Below, piece by piece: positions 51,534-63,516 of a stretch of DNA of 64,000 bases. Source of the DNA: Phyllobates terribilis (taxonomy: Eukaryota); assembly GCF_046119375.1 (NCBI RefSeq), contig NW_027362771.1:131626001-131690000 (forward strand), in the 5' to 3' direction. Every line of letters begins with the position of its first letter. The first letter of the stretch is position 1. The notes under the pieces are model-generated. The model searched no databases. It was not told the origin of the DNA and saw only the letters and a program-made list of their open reading frames with translations. A program made the position numbers and the translations under genes.

Positions 51534-51756
51534 CTTCATTAGCGCTGCCCTGAAACACCTTCTGCTCGGGATTCGGTCTCCATTTCCGCTTCACTTTCCC
51601 GCTGCCTTTCCCTTCGGTCACGGGTCTCTTCCTACGTCTCCTGCCGCCTTCTTTCTTATGTACCGCGCTCTCACGCTTTGCTATAAGCCCGCCATCGGGG
51701 TGACCATTTCGGCTTCTCTGCTTGTGCTGTAAAGATCCAGACGACACACTCGCCAT
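51534..51756 (-). CDS. CCDC59: CCDC59 (TTF-1-associated protein 26) coding exon 1
   Basis: ATG at 51756-51754 gives MASVSSGSLQ...KRKWRPNPEQKVFQGSANE-G, followed by donor GTGAGA at 51533 (223 nt, phase 1). KWRPN..F.GS..EG matches the recalled human TAP26 exon-1 end (KTWRPNHPQAFVGSVREG). Confidence 0.9.
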
Positions 51757-52110
51757 GTTATTACTCCACACGTCCTTTACGCATCCACACTGACGTCACT
51801 ACGTAATGACATGACGCCGCCACCTTTCTGCTTGCACACACCCCCATAATCGGAGCCTAACTCCCAGAATGCACTTGTGGTTACAGAGCAGCATGTTGCA
51901 GTAAACCGCTCGCACGTCGTACGTCCCTGGTGGTGCAGGCTGCGCTCACGTCCAATCTGATAGCTTCCGTCCTTACGGTGTTTGCTTTCAACCACGTGAT
52001 CTGGGTCACGTGTGTAGGTGACGTCACTCGCCTGGCTCTAGGACCATTGGGACGTGTGGGCAGTGTGTACGGGGCAGTCAGTGGCTGCACAGACGAGGCG
52101 TGTGAGTATA
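51757..52110. promoter_or_regulatory. CpG-rich promoter, probably bidirectional (CCDC59 / METTL25)
   Basis: TGACGTCA at 51791 and 52019; CACGTG at 51993 and 52007; CCAAT at 51952 and ATTGG at 52046; YY1-like AACATGGCG over the CCDC59 ATG; high CpG density. Candidate + strand donor GTGAGT at 52102. Confidence 0.7.
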
Positions 52111-53051
52111 CCAGGTGTGTCCGAGTCTATGGCACAATGGAGGAAATGTGTGCAGTCTGTTGTTCTCTGTTATCAGCCTCCAGGTTAGACTGGAGCTAAG
52201 TGTTGTGTGCCCCATGGCCCCAGTCTGTATCCCCTGTCTCCAGGCTCCTTTACTCCCTGGAGCCTAGCAGTCTCCCACAAGCCTAGCAGTCTCCCAGACC
52301 CCTGACTGCACACCTCAGTGTTCCCTGGACATGGCGCTTCTGGGTATAGTGTATACTGCAGGTACAGAGGCTGAATGGCTTCATTAACCCCTTCGAGCTC
52401 GGGCGATTTTTCGTTTTAGTTTTCTTCTCCCTTTCTTCCAAGAGCCATAACTTTATTTTCCTGTCAATATAGCCTTGGAGGGCTTGCCTTTTGCAGGACG
52501 AGTTGTACTTTTAAATGACACCATTCATTTTACCATATCGTGTACTGGAAAACGGGGAAGAAAATCCAAGTAGGAGAATTTGCAAAAAAAAAAAAGTGCA
52601 ATGTTCACTATATGGTAAAACTGACCTGGCAATATGATTCTCCAGGTCAGTGCGAGTACAAAGATACCAGATATGTGTAGTGTTTTTTTTTATTTTTTTT
52701 TATTTAAGTGGTGAAAAATTCAGAAATGTGCATGGAAAAAAATTGTGCTTTTGTTGCCATCTTCCTAGAACCATAACGTTCTCACTTTTCGGGATATGGG
52801 GCTGTGTGATTACTTTTTTTTTTTTTTTTTGCTGCCTGAGCTGATGTTGTTATTGATACTATTATGGGGTAGATAGGATGTTTTGATCGCCTCTTATTGC
52901 ATTGTTGTGGCGGCCAAAGACTTAAAGCTGGGATCGTTAGATCGCTTGGGATATATATGTATGTATGTGTGTAAAAAGAACTAACCGGCACATCCTAAAT
53001 GTGAACAGGTGCAAGCTGCAGAAACTGAATAAGATATATAAAAAGAGAGCG

Positions 53052-53471
53052 CAGCAGCACTCCATTATGGCCAAAATACATAAAGACAATAAAAATGTTT
53101 GATTTAAACTGTGTTATTACTCAATGAACTTTACTTACAAAAAACGGAGGTTCTTAGCGCATAAACTGGCCAATTCATGTGTGCCCATCAACCGCTGCAA
53201 GGTGACCTCCCATCTGATGGGTACTACTCTGCCTACATGCCTCTCTTGGGCTACAAGCCTATAACTCTGTAGCCCAAGAGAGGCATGTAGGCAGAGTAGT
53301 ACCCATCAGATGGGAGGTCAACTTGCAGCGGTTGATGGGCACACATGAATTGGCCAATTTATGCGCTAAGAACCTCCGTTTTTTGTAAGTAAAGTTCATT
53401 GAGTAATAACACAGTTTAAATCAAACGTTTTTATTGTCTTTATGTATTTTGGCCATAATGGAGTGCTGCTG
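53052..53471. repeat. 420-bp near-perfect fold-back (204-bp arms, 12-nt loop)
   Basis: 53052-53255 is the reverse complement of 53268-53471 with 3 mismatches seen by eye. Loop agcctataactc; abuts a (TA)n tract. Confidence 0.95.
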
Positions 53472-53485
53472 ATATAGATAGATAG

Positions 53486-53554
<69 letters not shown>

Positions 53555-53556
<2 letters not shown>

Positions 53557-55155
53557 CTACCGTTCAAAAGTTTGGGGTCATTTAGAAATTTCATTAATTT
53601 TGAAAGAAAAGCACATTATTTTTTTTCAATGAAGCTTACATTAAATTAATCAGAAATACTCTATAAATTGTTCATGTGGTAAATGACTATTCTAGCTGCA
53701 AACGTCTTGTTTTTATTGCAATATCTACATAGGTGTATAGAGGCCCATTTCCAACAACCACCACTCCAGTGTTTTAATGGTACATTGTGTTTGCTAACTG
53801 TGTAAGAATGCTAATGGATGTTTAGAAAACCCTTGCATAAGTGTTAGCCCAGTTGAAAACGGTTTGGCTGATTTGAGAAGCTATAAAATTGACCTTCCTT
53901 TGAGCTAGTTGAGAATCTGGAGCATTACATTTGTTTGTTCTATGAAACTCTCAAAATGGCCAGAAAAAGAGAACTTTCATGTGAAACTCGACAGTCTATT
54001 CTTGTTCTTAGAAATGAAGGCTATTCCATGCGAGAAGTTGCCAAGAAACTGAAGATTTCCTACAACGGTGTGTACTACTCCCTTCAGAGGAGAGCACAAA
54101 CAGGCTCTAACCAGAGTAGAAAGAGAAGTGGGAGGTCCCGCTGCACAACTGAGCAACAAGACAAGTACATTAGAGTCTCTAGTGTGAGAAATCGACGCCT
54201 CACAGATCCTCAACTGGCACCTTCATTAAATAGTACACGCAAAACGCCAGTGTCAACCTCTGCAGTGAAGAGGCGACTCCAGGATGCTGGCCTTCAGGGC
54301 AAAGTGGCAAAGAAAGAGCCATATCTGAGACTGGCTAATAAAAGGAAAAGATTAATATGGGCTAAAGAACACAGACATTAGACAGAGGAAGATTGGAAAA
54401 AAGTTTTATGGACAGACGAATCAAAGTTTGAGGTGTTTGGATCACACAGAAGAACATTTGTGAGACGCTGAACAACTGAAAAAATGCTGGAAGAGTGCCT
54501 GACGCCATCTGTCAAGCATGGTGGAGGTAATGTGATGGTCTGGGGTTGCTTTTGTGCTGGTAAAGTGGGAGATTTGTACAAGGTAAATGGGATTTTGAAT
54601 AAAGAAGGCTATCACTCCATTTTGCAACGCCATGCCTTACCCTGTGGACAGCCCTTGATTGGAGCCAATTTCATCCTACAACAGGACATTGACCCAAAGC
54701 ACACCTCCAAATTATTCATGAACTATTTATGGAAGAAGCAGGCAGCTGGTATTCTATCTGTAATGGAGTGGCGAGCGCAGTCACCAGATCTCAACCCCAT
54801 TGAGCCTTTGTGGGAGCAGCTTGACCGTATGGTACGCAAAAAGTGCCCATCAAGCCAATCCAACTTGAGAGGGGCTTCAGGAAGCATGGGGTGAAATTTC
54901 TCAAGATTACCTCTGCAAATTAACAGCTAGAATGCCAAAGGTCTGCAATGCTGTAATTGCTGCAAAGGAGCGTTCTGTGACCAAAGCAAAGTCTGAAGGA
55001 GAAAATTATTCTTTCTAATAAAAATCATTATTTCTAACCTTGTCAATGTCTGGACTATATTTTCTAATCATTTTGCGACTCATTTGATAAATAAAAGTAT
55101 GAGTTTTCATGGAAAACACAAAATTGTCTGGGTGACCCCAAACTTTTGAACGGTA

Positions 55156-55158
<3 letters not shown>
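53555..55158 (+). mobile_element. Tc1-like transposon, decayed
   Basis: TIRs tactaccgttcaaaagtttggggtca / tgaccccaaacttttgaacggtagtg. The transposase from ATG 53956 has two in-frame stops and a late frameshift. Confidence 0.92.
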
Positions 55159-55187
<29 letters not shown>

Positions 55188-56601
55188 ATGTATATATAAT
55201 ATATATATTTTTTTTTTCTTCCTCAGGGGACCAGCACTGCTATGTACAGTACAGACCAAAAGTTTGGACACACCTTCTCATTTTAAAGATTTTTCTGTAT
55301 TTTCATGACTTTGAAAATTGTACATTCACACTGAAGGCATCAAAACTATGAATTAACACATGATGGAATTATATACTTAACAAAAAAGTGTGACGCAACT
55401 GAAAATATGTCTTATATTCTAGGTTCTTCAAAGTAGCCACCTTTTGCTTTGATGACTGCTTTGCACACTTTTGGCATTCTCTTGATGAGCTTCAAGAGGT
55501 AGTCACCGGAAATGGTTTTCACTTCACAGGTGTGCCCTGTCAGGTTTAATAAGTGGGATTTCTTGCCTTATAAATGGGGTTGGGACCATCAGATGTGTTG
55601 TGCAGAAGTCTGGTGGATACACAGCTGATAGTCCTACTGAATAGACTGTTAGCTGCTTTTTTTTCTTGGCATAATACAAATTCTAAGTAAAGAAAAACGA
55701 GTGGCCATCATTACTTTAAAGAAATGAAGGTCAGTCAGTCTGAAAAATTGGGCAAACTTTGAAAGTGTCCCCAAGTGCAGTTGCAAACACCATCAAGCGC
55801 TACAAAGAAACTGGCTCACATGAGGACCACCCCAGGAAAGGAAGACCAAGAGTCACCTCTGCTTCTGAGGATAAGTTTATCTGAGTCACCAGCCTCAGAA
55901 ATCGCAGGTTAAAAGCAGCTCAGATTAGAGACCAGGTCAATGCCACACAGAGTTCTAGCAGCAGACACATCTCTTCAACAACTGTTAAGAGGAGACTTTG
56001 TGCAGCAGGCCTTCATGGTAAAATAGGTGCTAGGAAACCACCGCTAAGGACAGGCAACAAGCAGAAGAGACTTGTTTGGGCTAAAGAACACAAGGAATGG
56101 ACATTAGACCAGTGGAAATCTGTGCTTTGGTCTGATGAGTCCAAATTTGAGATCTTTGGTTCCAACCACCGTGTCTTTGTGCGACGCAGAAAAGGTGAAC
56201 GGATGGACTCTACATGCCTGGTTCCCACCGTGAAGCATGAAGGAGGAGGTGTGATGGTGTGGGGGTGCTTTGCTGGTGACACTGTTGGGGATTTATTCAA
56301 AATTGAAGGCATACTAAACCAGCATGGCTACCACAGCATCTTGCAGTGGCATGCTATTCCATCCGGTTTGCATTTAGTTGGACCATCATTTATTTTTCAA
56401 CAGGACAATGACCCCAAACACACCTCCAGGCTGTGTAAGGGGTATTTGACCAAGAAGGAGAGTGATGGGGTGCTACGCCAGATGACCTGGCCTCCAGGCC
56501 TCCACAGTCACCAGACCTGAACCCAATCGAGATGGTTTGGGGTGAGCTGGACCGCAGAGTGAAGGCAAAAGGGCCAACAAGTGCTAAGCATCTCTGGGAA
56601 C

Positions 56602-59472
56602 CAGGGCTGTGGAGTCGGAGTTAGTTTTGGTCGGAGTCGGTAGAAATGTACCGACTCCGACTCCAGCTTTTAAAAAAAAATGTATTAATATTTCATAATT
56701 GAACTTTCATATGAATTTTATAATGTTACTCAAATATATATGAACAACAGTGATAAGCAGTTCTGCTGAAGATAGAGACATTTCTTACTTCTTGTGTGTC
56801 ACTGTTCTCCACTGCCCTTATCTAATCTTATACTTGGTTAACCTCATGCTGCCCCAACCCCCCTACTTACAATGTATGAAACTGAAAGTGAAAATGTGTT
56901 GCAAATTCTTAGTAGTAAAGCTCCTCCTCTAGACTAGATGTTTACTAGGTGTGTGTCTTCCAAGCATCTCACAGCTGCTACTCAGAAGCGGAAGACTGTA
57001 AGAAGTATTATCCTTTCAACAAACTTTGCATCAGTTAACTGTGAGTACATGAGGAATAACAGTATTAATGACCACTATATCAGTTGTACGACCTGGCAAT
57101 AATTTTGTACAATTGTTTTTAGGAAAAACAATTGTCATTTGGATTGTGAATGCAGAATTAAAAACCTGAGTGTCAAAGAAGCGTCACATTAAATCAGCTG
57201 TATTTGAACACTTCACCATCACTCAAGATAGAAAACATTATGTCTGTCAGTGTATGACAAATGATCCAGACGAAAACAAATGCTGTGAAGCCAAGATCAG
57301 TGCATATTCAGGCAAAGATAAAAATGCTCCTACCAGAGCTTCTAATCTAAAGAGACATTTACAGCGCTTTCAACCAGAAGTACTGAAAGCAGTGGATGAG
57401 AGAGAATGCATCCAAACCAATGAACCAGTGCCCTGCTCTTCCAGCCAAACAAAGGAGCAGAGCACTTTGCAGCCATCAGTTGCAAGATATTTTGTCAGTG
57501 ACAAAGTTACTCTGACAATGACAGTAGATACATTTAAAAAACAGATCATAGAGCTTGTTGTAAAGGATAGTGTGCCTATTTCATTATTTTCACGACCAGC
57601 TTTTGTGTCTGAATGGGGAAATGGCCCGCAAGCTTGGTGTTTCTCTGGAGAGAGAGAGTATTAGAAAATTAGTAATCCAAGAAGCTTTTAAACAAAAGGA
57701 AGAACTTAAAAAAAACTCTCAAGGGACGCTTTCTGTTTCTTAAAATGGATGCCTGCACACGTCACAGAGTGAACTATTTTGCCATCAATGTCTGATTTGT
57801 TTGTGACAAAAATGAAATAATTACCAAGACATTGGCAGTAAAAGACACCAAAGCTCATCACACCAGTGAGTTTCTCCAGGTCTTGGTGGAAAAGGTTCTG
57901 CAAGACTATGAACTTAAAAAAGAGCAAGTTCTTTCTGTCGTAACTGACAATGCTTCAAATATAAGTACTATTAAGCTAATGAATGAGAGTAATGATGGTG
58001 ACCAGCAGCTAGAAGAACATTCTGGGTCCACAGACACAGAAATGTTTGAAATAGAGGAACACAGTATTGTAACTGAGGAGCAAACTGAAGTTGCTTCAGA
58101 TGAACAGCAACATGATAGTTTAGATGATCTTGTTGAAACTGTGACAATTCGTTCTTTCATTCATCACATGTGCTGTGTTGTGCATACACTACAGCTGGCT
58201 ATAAGAGACAGTCTGCAAGAAGGACATGCTGCTGCACTGATTGGCAAGGTGAGAAAATTGGCTACTGTTGCCAGAACCCCTAAAGTTGACTCAATTTTGA
58301 AGAGACGTGCTGGAAAAGGGGCAATTATTGATCAAGCCACACGATGGGGCAGTACTTACTTAATGATTCAGCGCTTGGTTGAACTGAAAACCTTTCTTGT
58401 AGACATGGCTAACCCTCAACTGACGCTAAATGAAAGTCAGTGGAATCAGGTGACTGAGCTGGAAAAATTGCTAGAGCACCCATTTACAGTGACTAAAAAA
58501 TTACAAGCAGAGGACTTAACTCCAGGTATTTTCTTAAAGGAGTGGAAGAACCTGATGTTTCGCCTGTCCCAAAGAGGAGGATTAATTGCAAGTGGCATTG
58601 CTACATCAATGAAACGGAGAGAGGAGCTACTATTACAAAATAGCATTCTTTTGGCAGCTGTTTATGTAGACCCAATGCATCGGATTCTTCTAGATGATCA
58701 ACGGCTAACTAAAGGAAAAGAAGCTCTGTTTGAAATAGCAGTAAGGATGAAAGGGTTGCAGAACAGTCAGGAGGAACAAGAAGAATTTGGTCGTCCTGCC
58801 ACATCTTCACCCTCATCATCAACTGATGAAGAATTTAATTTCGAAAAATATTTGGATCACAAGGACCGTGCAAAGTGTTCCCGCATAGAAGAAGAGTCAT
58901 CCCCATCAAAGAACACAGCCAGTACATTTCAGCAGAATTTTTCATGTGCACTAAAAGAAATTGAGAAATTTGACCGTTCATCAAAAATAACAGTGCAACA
59001 AGCGATTCCTCTGTATCCTGACATTGTCAGAGATGTTGCCCGAGTGGTTACTGCTTTGCCACCAACCCAAGTTAGTGTAGAGAGGTTGTTCTCTGCTCTC
59101 AAAATAATTAGATCAGATTTGAGGGCATCCATGAAGGAGGATCTGACAGAGGCAATACTTTTTCTGAGGACAAATTTCTAGATTTCTTCTTATTAACTGC
59201 ATAAGTGTTTATTGCATATTTACTTACAAGAGTTTAGAAAAGTTTCTAAAAGTTATTTGCTATATTCTAATTGTATTCTAATAAATAGAGTTTTTGCTCT
59301 AAGTGGTCTGATTACTTATATGATGGTGAGAAACTGAATAAGCACGATGTTAATATTTTAAAACAGTAAATTTATTGTTCCGAATTGGCCATTTATGAAG
59401 GAGTCTGAGTCGGAACCTGATAAAATCCAGGAGTCGGAGTCGCAACTGTGGCTTACCGACTCCGCAGCCCTG
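56602..59472 (+). mobile_element. Full-length hAT transposon (2871 bp)
   Basis: 17-bp TIRs cagggctgtggagtcgg / ccgactccgcagccctg; 8-bp TSD ctgggaac / ttgggaac; subterminal GGAGTC repeats. Confidence 0.93.
57170..59181 (+). pseudogene. hAT transposase pseudogene
   Basis: BED-like N-terminus (FEHF..C.C..CC..SNLKRHL), LKMDACTRH, VVTDNAS, CVVHTLQL, TRWGSTY, and the C-terminal dimerisation motif LPPTQVSVERLFS. Frameshifts at ~57.61-57.71 kb and an in-frame TGA at ~57793. Confidence 0.88.
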
Positions 59473-60916
59473 TTGGGAACTCCTTCAAGATTGTTGGAAG
59501 ACCATTTCCGGTGACTACCTCTTGAAGCTCATCAAGAGAATGCCAAGAGTGTGCAAAGCAGTCATCAAAGCAAAAGGTGGCTACTTTGAAGAACCTAGAA
59601 TATAAGACATATTTTCAGTTGTTTCACACTTTTTTGTTAAGTATATAATTCCACATGTGTTAATTCATAGTTTTGATACCTTCAGTGTGAATGTACAATT
59701 TTCAAAGTCATGAAAATACAGAAAAATCTTTAAATGAGAAGGTGTGTCCAAACTTTTGGTCTGTACTGTATATCAAAAATCACGTCACGATCTCCTATGA
59801 ACTCTGGCCACGGGCTGGCGTTCACAGGAGTATCATGATGACCGGCACGGGGGTCTTCAACAGATCACCGGCTGTCATGACAACCCATCTGTGCCCCACG
59901 ATCACGTGACGGGCGTACCAATGACACACTTCCTGTCTGCACGTGATAAATGCCACTGTCGGTGATAGACAGTGCATTTAACTGGTTAACAGCCGTGATT
60001 TGATCTCTGATCCACCTGTGGCTGTTAGAGGCACTTGATGGCTGATTAAATCAGCCATCAAATGCCGGGAAAGATGCGAGTTCTGTGTGAGCCCGTATCA
60101 AAGGCAGGAACATGGCTTATGATGTGAAGGGGTTAATGCAGTCTTAAAGGGGTTTTCCACTTTAAGAAAAGTGAACCCCAACACTTTTATATACATAACA
60201 CTCAGAGCAGGTACTTGCCCTCCCTGGAACTCTCCGCTGCTGCTCTGGTCTCAGTTTTGGTTGCAGCCATGATGTCATGTCTACAGCTCACATTACCGCT
60301 GCAGCTAATCAAAGAGCTCAAATGGTCTGTTTATGTAGATGACACTTTTCTGAGCTCAGTGACTTGCTGCAGCTGTGATGTTATTTTGACTGCTCACATC
60401 ACCGCTGCAGTCAATCACTGAGCTCAGCATTTAGTCCTGCCTACATTGATAGAGCTGCTGAGCAGTGATTGGCTTCAGCAGTGAAACGCACTGTTTGTGT
60501 GACTTCACCGGTGCAGCCAAAAACACAGACTGGAGCAGCAGTGGAGAGCAGCATTGGGTTGGAAACCCATAATAGTCCATTGACGTTTCTGTGATCATTG
60601 TCTCATTGCTGCTACTATTAAGCTTACACTCTGCCGCGCTGTCTGCAGAAAATACAGGAAGACTATGTTTGTCTTCGATAGAAAAGCTTTATTTTTCTTA
60701 CATAAGAGAAGAGAAACTGCAAAATAAAAAAAATCTGAAATTCTTGATCATCTTTTAATGAACCACTGAAACTAATAAACTGAATTTGTAGCATTTTCCG
60801 AGGATAAGCAAGGATTTTGTGTAACTGTTGTAGAAATCGCCTTTCATGTTGCTGTGATCTATATGCAGATGGGAATTTATCATTCTTACATTATGGGTTC
60901 TCTTCGTTCTAGGGAA

Positions 60917-61127
60917 ATGTTTGCTTGCTGGACAGCTCCGAGTAAGGACAAGGTGAAAGAGTCCATGGAAGGCTTGCTGCAATTCTTACAGATGACTGCT
61001 CACATTTCGGGGGCTCACACTGTGGAGTTTTATACAGAAGACATTTGGAAGAACAATGTGGGGGTCTCCCCTGAATCGGTCCTCTCCATGTTTAGTCAGC
61101 AACAACTGTCTCATTGTGAATTTAGAG
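60917..61127 (+). CDS. METTL25: METTL25 first coding exon (gene continues beyond the window)
   Basis: MFACWTAPSKDKVKESMEGLLQFLQMTAHISGAHTVEFYTEDIWKNNVGVSPESVLSMFS resembles recalled human LQGLLQFLRDALSISNAHTVDFYTESVW...PETVL. Acceptor tcttcgttctAG at 60911-60912; donor GTGAGT at 61128 (phase 1). The head-to-head arrangement with CCDC59 matches human synteny. Confidence 0.88.
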
Positions 61128-61839
61128 GTGAGTGACCTCTTAAAGGTTGTTCGAGCTTTTGCTCCGTGGCGTTATCTGCATTCTATGGGGGACGTGGAGT
61201 AGTTGCCAAAGCCAACTAATCGGGTTGCAGCTTTCATTTGTCTAAGAGGCTGATGTAAAATGATTTGTTGCCTTGAGTATCAACTCCACTTTCCACCAGT
61301 TTTCATACATTCCCACTTTGTGTTCCCCTCCCTTCAGTTATCAATTCCTATGTTGCATTCACTCGGAGTATAGTGGCTCTCATCAGGTACTTGGGCCATT
61401 CTGGCAGTCACCGCTGCTTGCCCAGTGACATTCTGTCTACAGTAAGGGACAACTGCAGCCAATCACTGTCCTCAATGGTGAAGTTGGGGTAGACTGAATA
61501 GGATCAGCAAGGCCAGTAATTGGCTGCAGCACTTTTTGTTTTAGATGGGATGTTACAACTGCAGGCAGTAAGCAAGGATTGGATGTCTGGGACGAATACA
61601 GTATATTTATTCTTAAAGGGGGGCCATCATCGGAAAATGACCCCAGTTTAAATCAGGTTTTTGTGTTACATTTATTTTTAGAAAAAAAAAAAATGGCAAT
61701 TTTTTTTTCATATCACAATTCTTTATTTAAAAATATTACAATTTTCACACTGGCCACTGGGGCTTTTTTAGACTTATACAGGCTTCTTATCAGAGGCAAG
61801 ATTGCAGTGACAGGTAACACCTCTAAGCACAGCTGATAA

Positions 61840-62109
61840 CAGGGCTGTGGAGTCAGAGTCGTGGAGTCGGCATAAAATGGACCGACTCCTAAAATATATA
61901 ATAAATTGGGTACAGTAGTACAATGCAGTTTGTGGGGAATATTTTTTCATATGAATTTGGGAAAGTTATGAAATGTCCTATTCCTGATCTAAGGGTCTGG
62001 ACTTTTAGTTGAGATTAATTTGTGCCACAGTAAATTTATCACTTACACATGAGCCATGTATGCGGGAATCGGAGAGTCGGAGGTTTGGCTTACCGACTCC
62101 ACAGCCCTG
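61840..62109. mobile_element. 270-bp hAT MITE sharing termini with the 56.6-59.5 kb hAT
   Basis: cagggctgtggagtc...gactccacagccctg with a perfect 8-bp TSD gctgataa. Confidence 0.92.
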
Positions 62110-62619
62110 GCTGATAACACAGGATCCACCAATCACAATAGGCAAGGTCACAGTAGACCCCCTCCCTTCACAATGATCTTTGTACATGCTCACGGGACAC
62201 TCGAATACAAAATACAGGGTTGAGGTGTACTCATTGCTGCTATCTACATATATTTTTCCTGAAAAACATGAAGTTAAAATCTAAAATGGCTCCAGTGGTC
62301 AGTGTGAAAATTGCAAAATTTAGATTCTTTTATATAGATTGTGACATTCATAAAAAAAAAAATAGAACTAAAAAACTTTATTTAAACGAAAGGTCATTTT
62401 CTGATGATGGCTTCACTTTTTTTTGATACAGAAAAGAATCCGGCATTCCAAAATCAAAGAAAATCTTGAATTTATTGTGTACAATCCAGTACTGTGCATA
62501 TATACGGGACGTTTCAGTCAATCAGACCTTTCTCAAATATGCACTTTGCAAAAACAACCAAAAAGGATGACAAACTGTCAAAATAATGCAATGAAGAGGA
62601 ATGGTCTGCACTCAAAAGG

Positions 62620-62805
62620 AGAGGTGCTGGGGGAGTAGGCTGTGAACCCAAGTCTATGAAGAAGTGTCCACAGCACTCTCTAGATCAGTTGCAAGGTGAT
62701 TTTATTCAATAATATATATGCACAATAGCATAGGGTGAATCAGATGAAACAATAAGCGACTAATTAAAGACGTTTCGACCCGTGCCGGTCTTTGTCAGGG
62801 GTCGC
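62620..62805 (-). mobile_element. Penelope-type terminal-repeat relic with a decayed hammerhead (62769-62801)
   Basis: - strand: CUGACAA a GACC ggcacg GGUC GAAAC GUC. Perfect stem II; G8A consistent with CpG decay. Context cagcactc...tttattc...acgtttcg on +. Confidence 0.5.
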
Positions 62806-62989
62806 TGAGTATCTGAATTACTTAAATGCAGGGATTGGAGGCATATGTAAGTTTGATGGAAGAATGGGGAGACACTTTAGCTCTTGTAAAGTGGAATAAA
62901 AGTAACCAAGTATTAAGAAATAGCAGTCCTGTTTGTACCTGGATCGGATCAGTTTGTTGGGGAGTAAAGAAGGCACACCCTGCGCCTAT

Positions 62990-63107
62990 AATATTCTCTG
63001 CAATATATTTCTGCATGTCATCTCTTATCATGCCCTCAAAAACTTTGCACACTACTGATGTCAGACTTACCGGACAGTAGTTACCTGGATTCACCTTCTT
63101 ATCTTTA
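62990..63107 (-). mobile_element. CR1 LINE reverse-transcriptase fragment
   Basis: KDKKVNPGNYCPVSLTSVVCKVFEGMIRDDMQKYI matches the PGNYRPVSLTS motif; cut by the MITE at 63112. Confidence 0.75.
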
Positions 63108-63111
63108 TTAA

Positions 63112-63516
63112 AGAAGTTGTCCACTATTTTTATATTGATGGCCTATCCTTCGGATAGATCCTCAATGTCTGATCGGCCGGGGTCCGACACCCTCGCTAAT
63201 CAGCTGTTATCGGTGACATCGGCAGGTGCCGGCCAGAAGTGTTTACTTGCAGAGCTGGCCGTCTGCTTGTAGTGGCAGAGACTTGATACTACACATCCGC
63301 CTCCTAATCAGATCAATAGGAGGTGGATGTGCAGTACCCTGCAGCAGCCACTACAAGTAGATGGCCAGCTCCGCAAGTAAGTCCTTCCGGCTGGCGCCTG
63401 CCGACTACGTTAAACAGTTGATTGGTGGCGGTTACAGGTGTTGGACCCCGGTCGATCAGACATTGATGACCTAACCTAAGGATAGGCCATCAATGTAAAA
63501 GTAGTGGATAACCTCT
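63112..63516. mobile_element. TTAA MITE of the same family as 1676-1964
   Basis: TTAA|agaagttgtccacta...tagtggataacctct|TTAT; same arms. Confidence 0.85.

Larger units (their letters stand above)
55247..59768 (+). mobile_element. Tc1-like transposon, decayed, split by a hAT insertion
   Basis: TA|cagtacagaccaaaagtttggacacaccttctcattt...aaatgagaaggtgtgtccaaacttttggtctgtactg|TA. The transposase ([25 protein letters not shown]) is interrupted at HLW|E. Confidence 0.93.
52388..60132. mobile_element. Probable piggyBac-like non-autonomous host of the 53-59.8 kb nested cluster
   Basis: TTAA|ccccttc at 52388 and gaagggg|TTAA at 60132. Whether both ends belong to one element is inferred. Confidence 0.45.

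Noticed and set aside
57170-59181. Domesticated ZBED-type host gene
   Set aside because: It has frameshifts and a stop, retains TIRs and a TSD, and is nested in another transposon.
60854-60916. Upstream in-frame extension of the METTL25 ORF (MIYMQMG...)
   Set aside because: It overlaps a pyrimidine tract and AG acceptor and has no recalled homology; it is most likely intronic.
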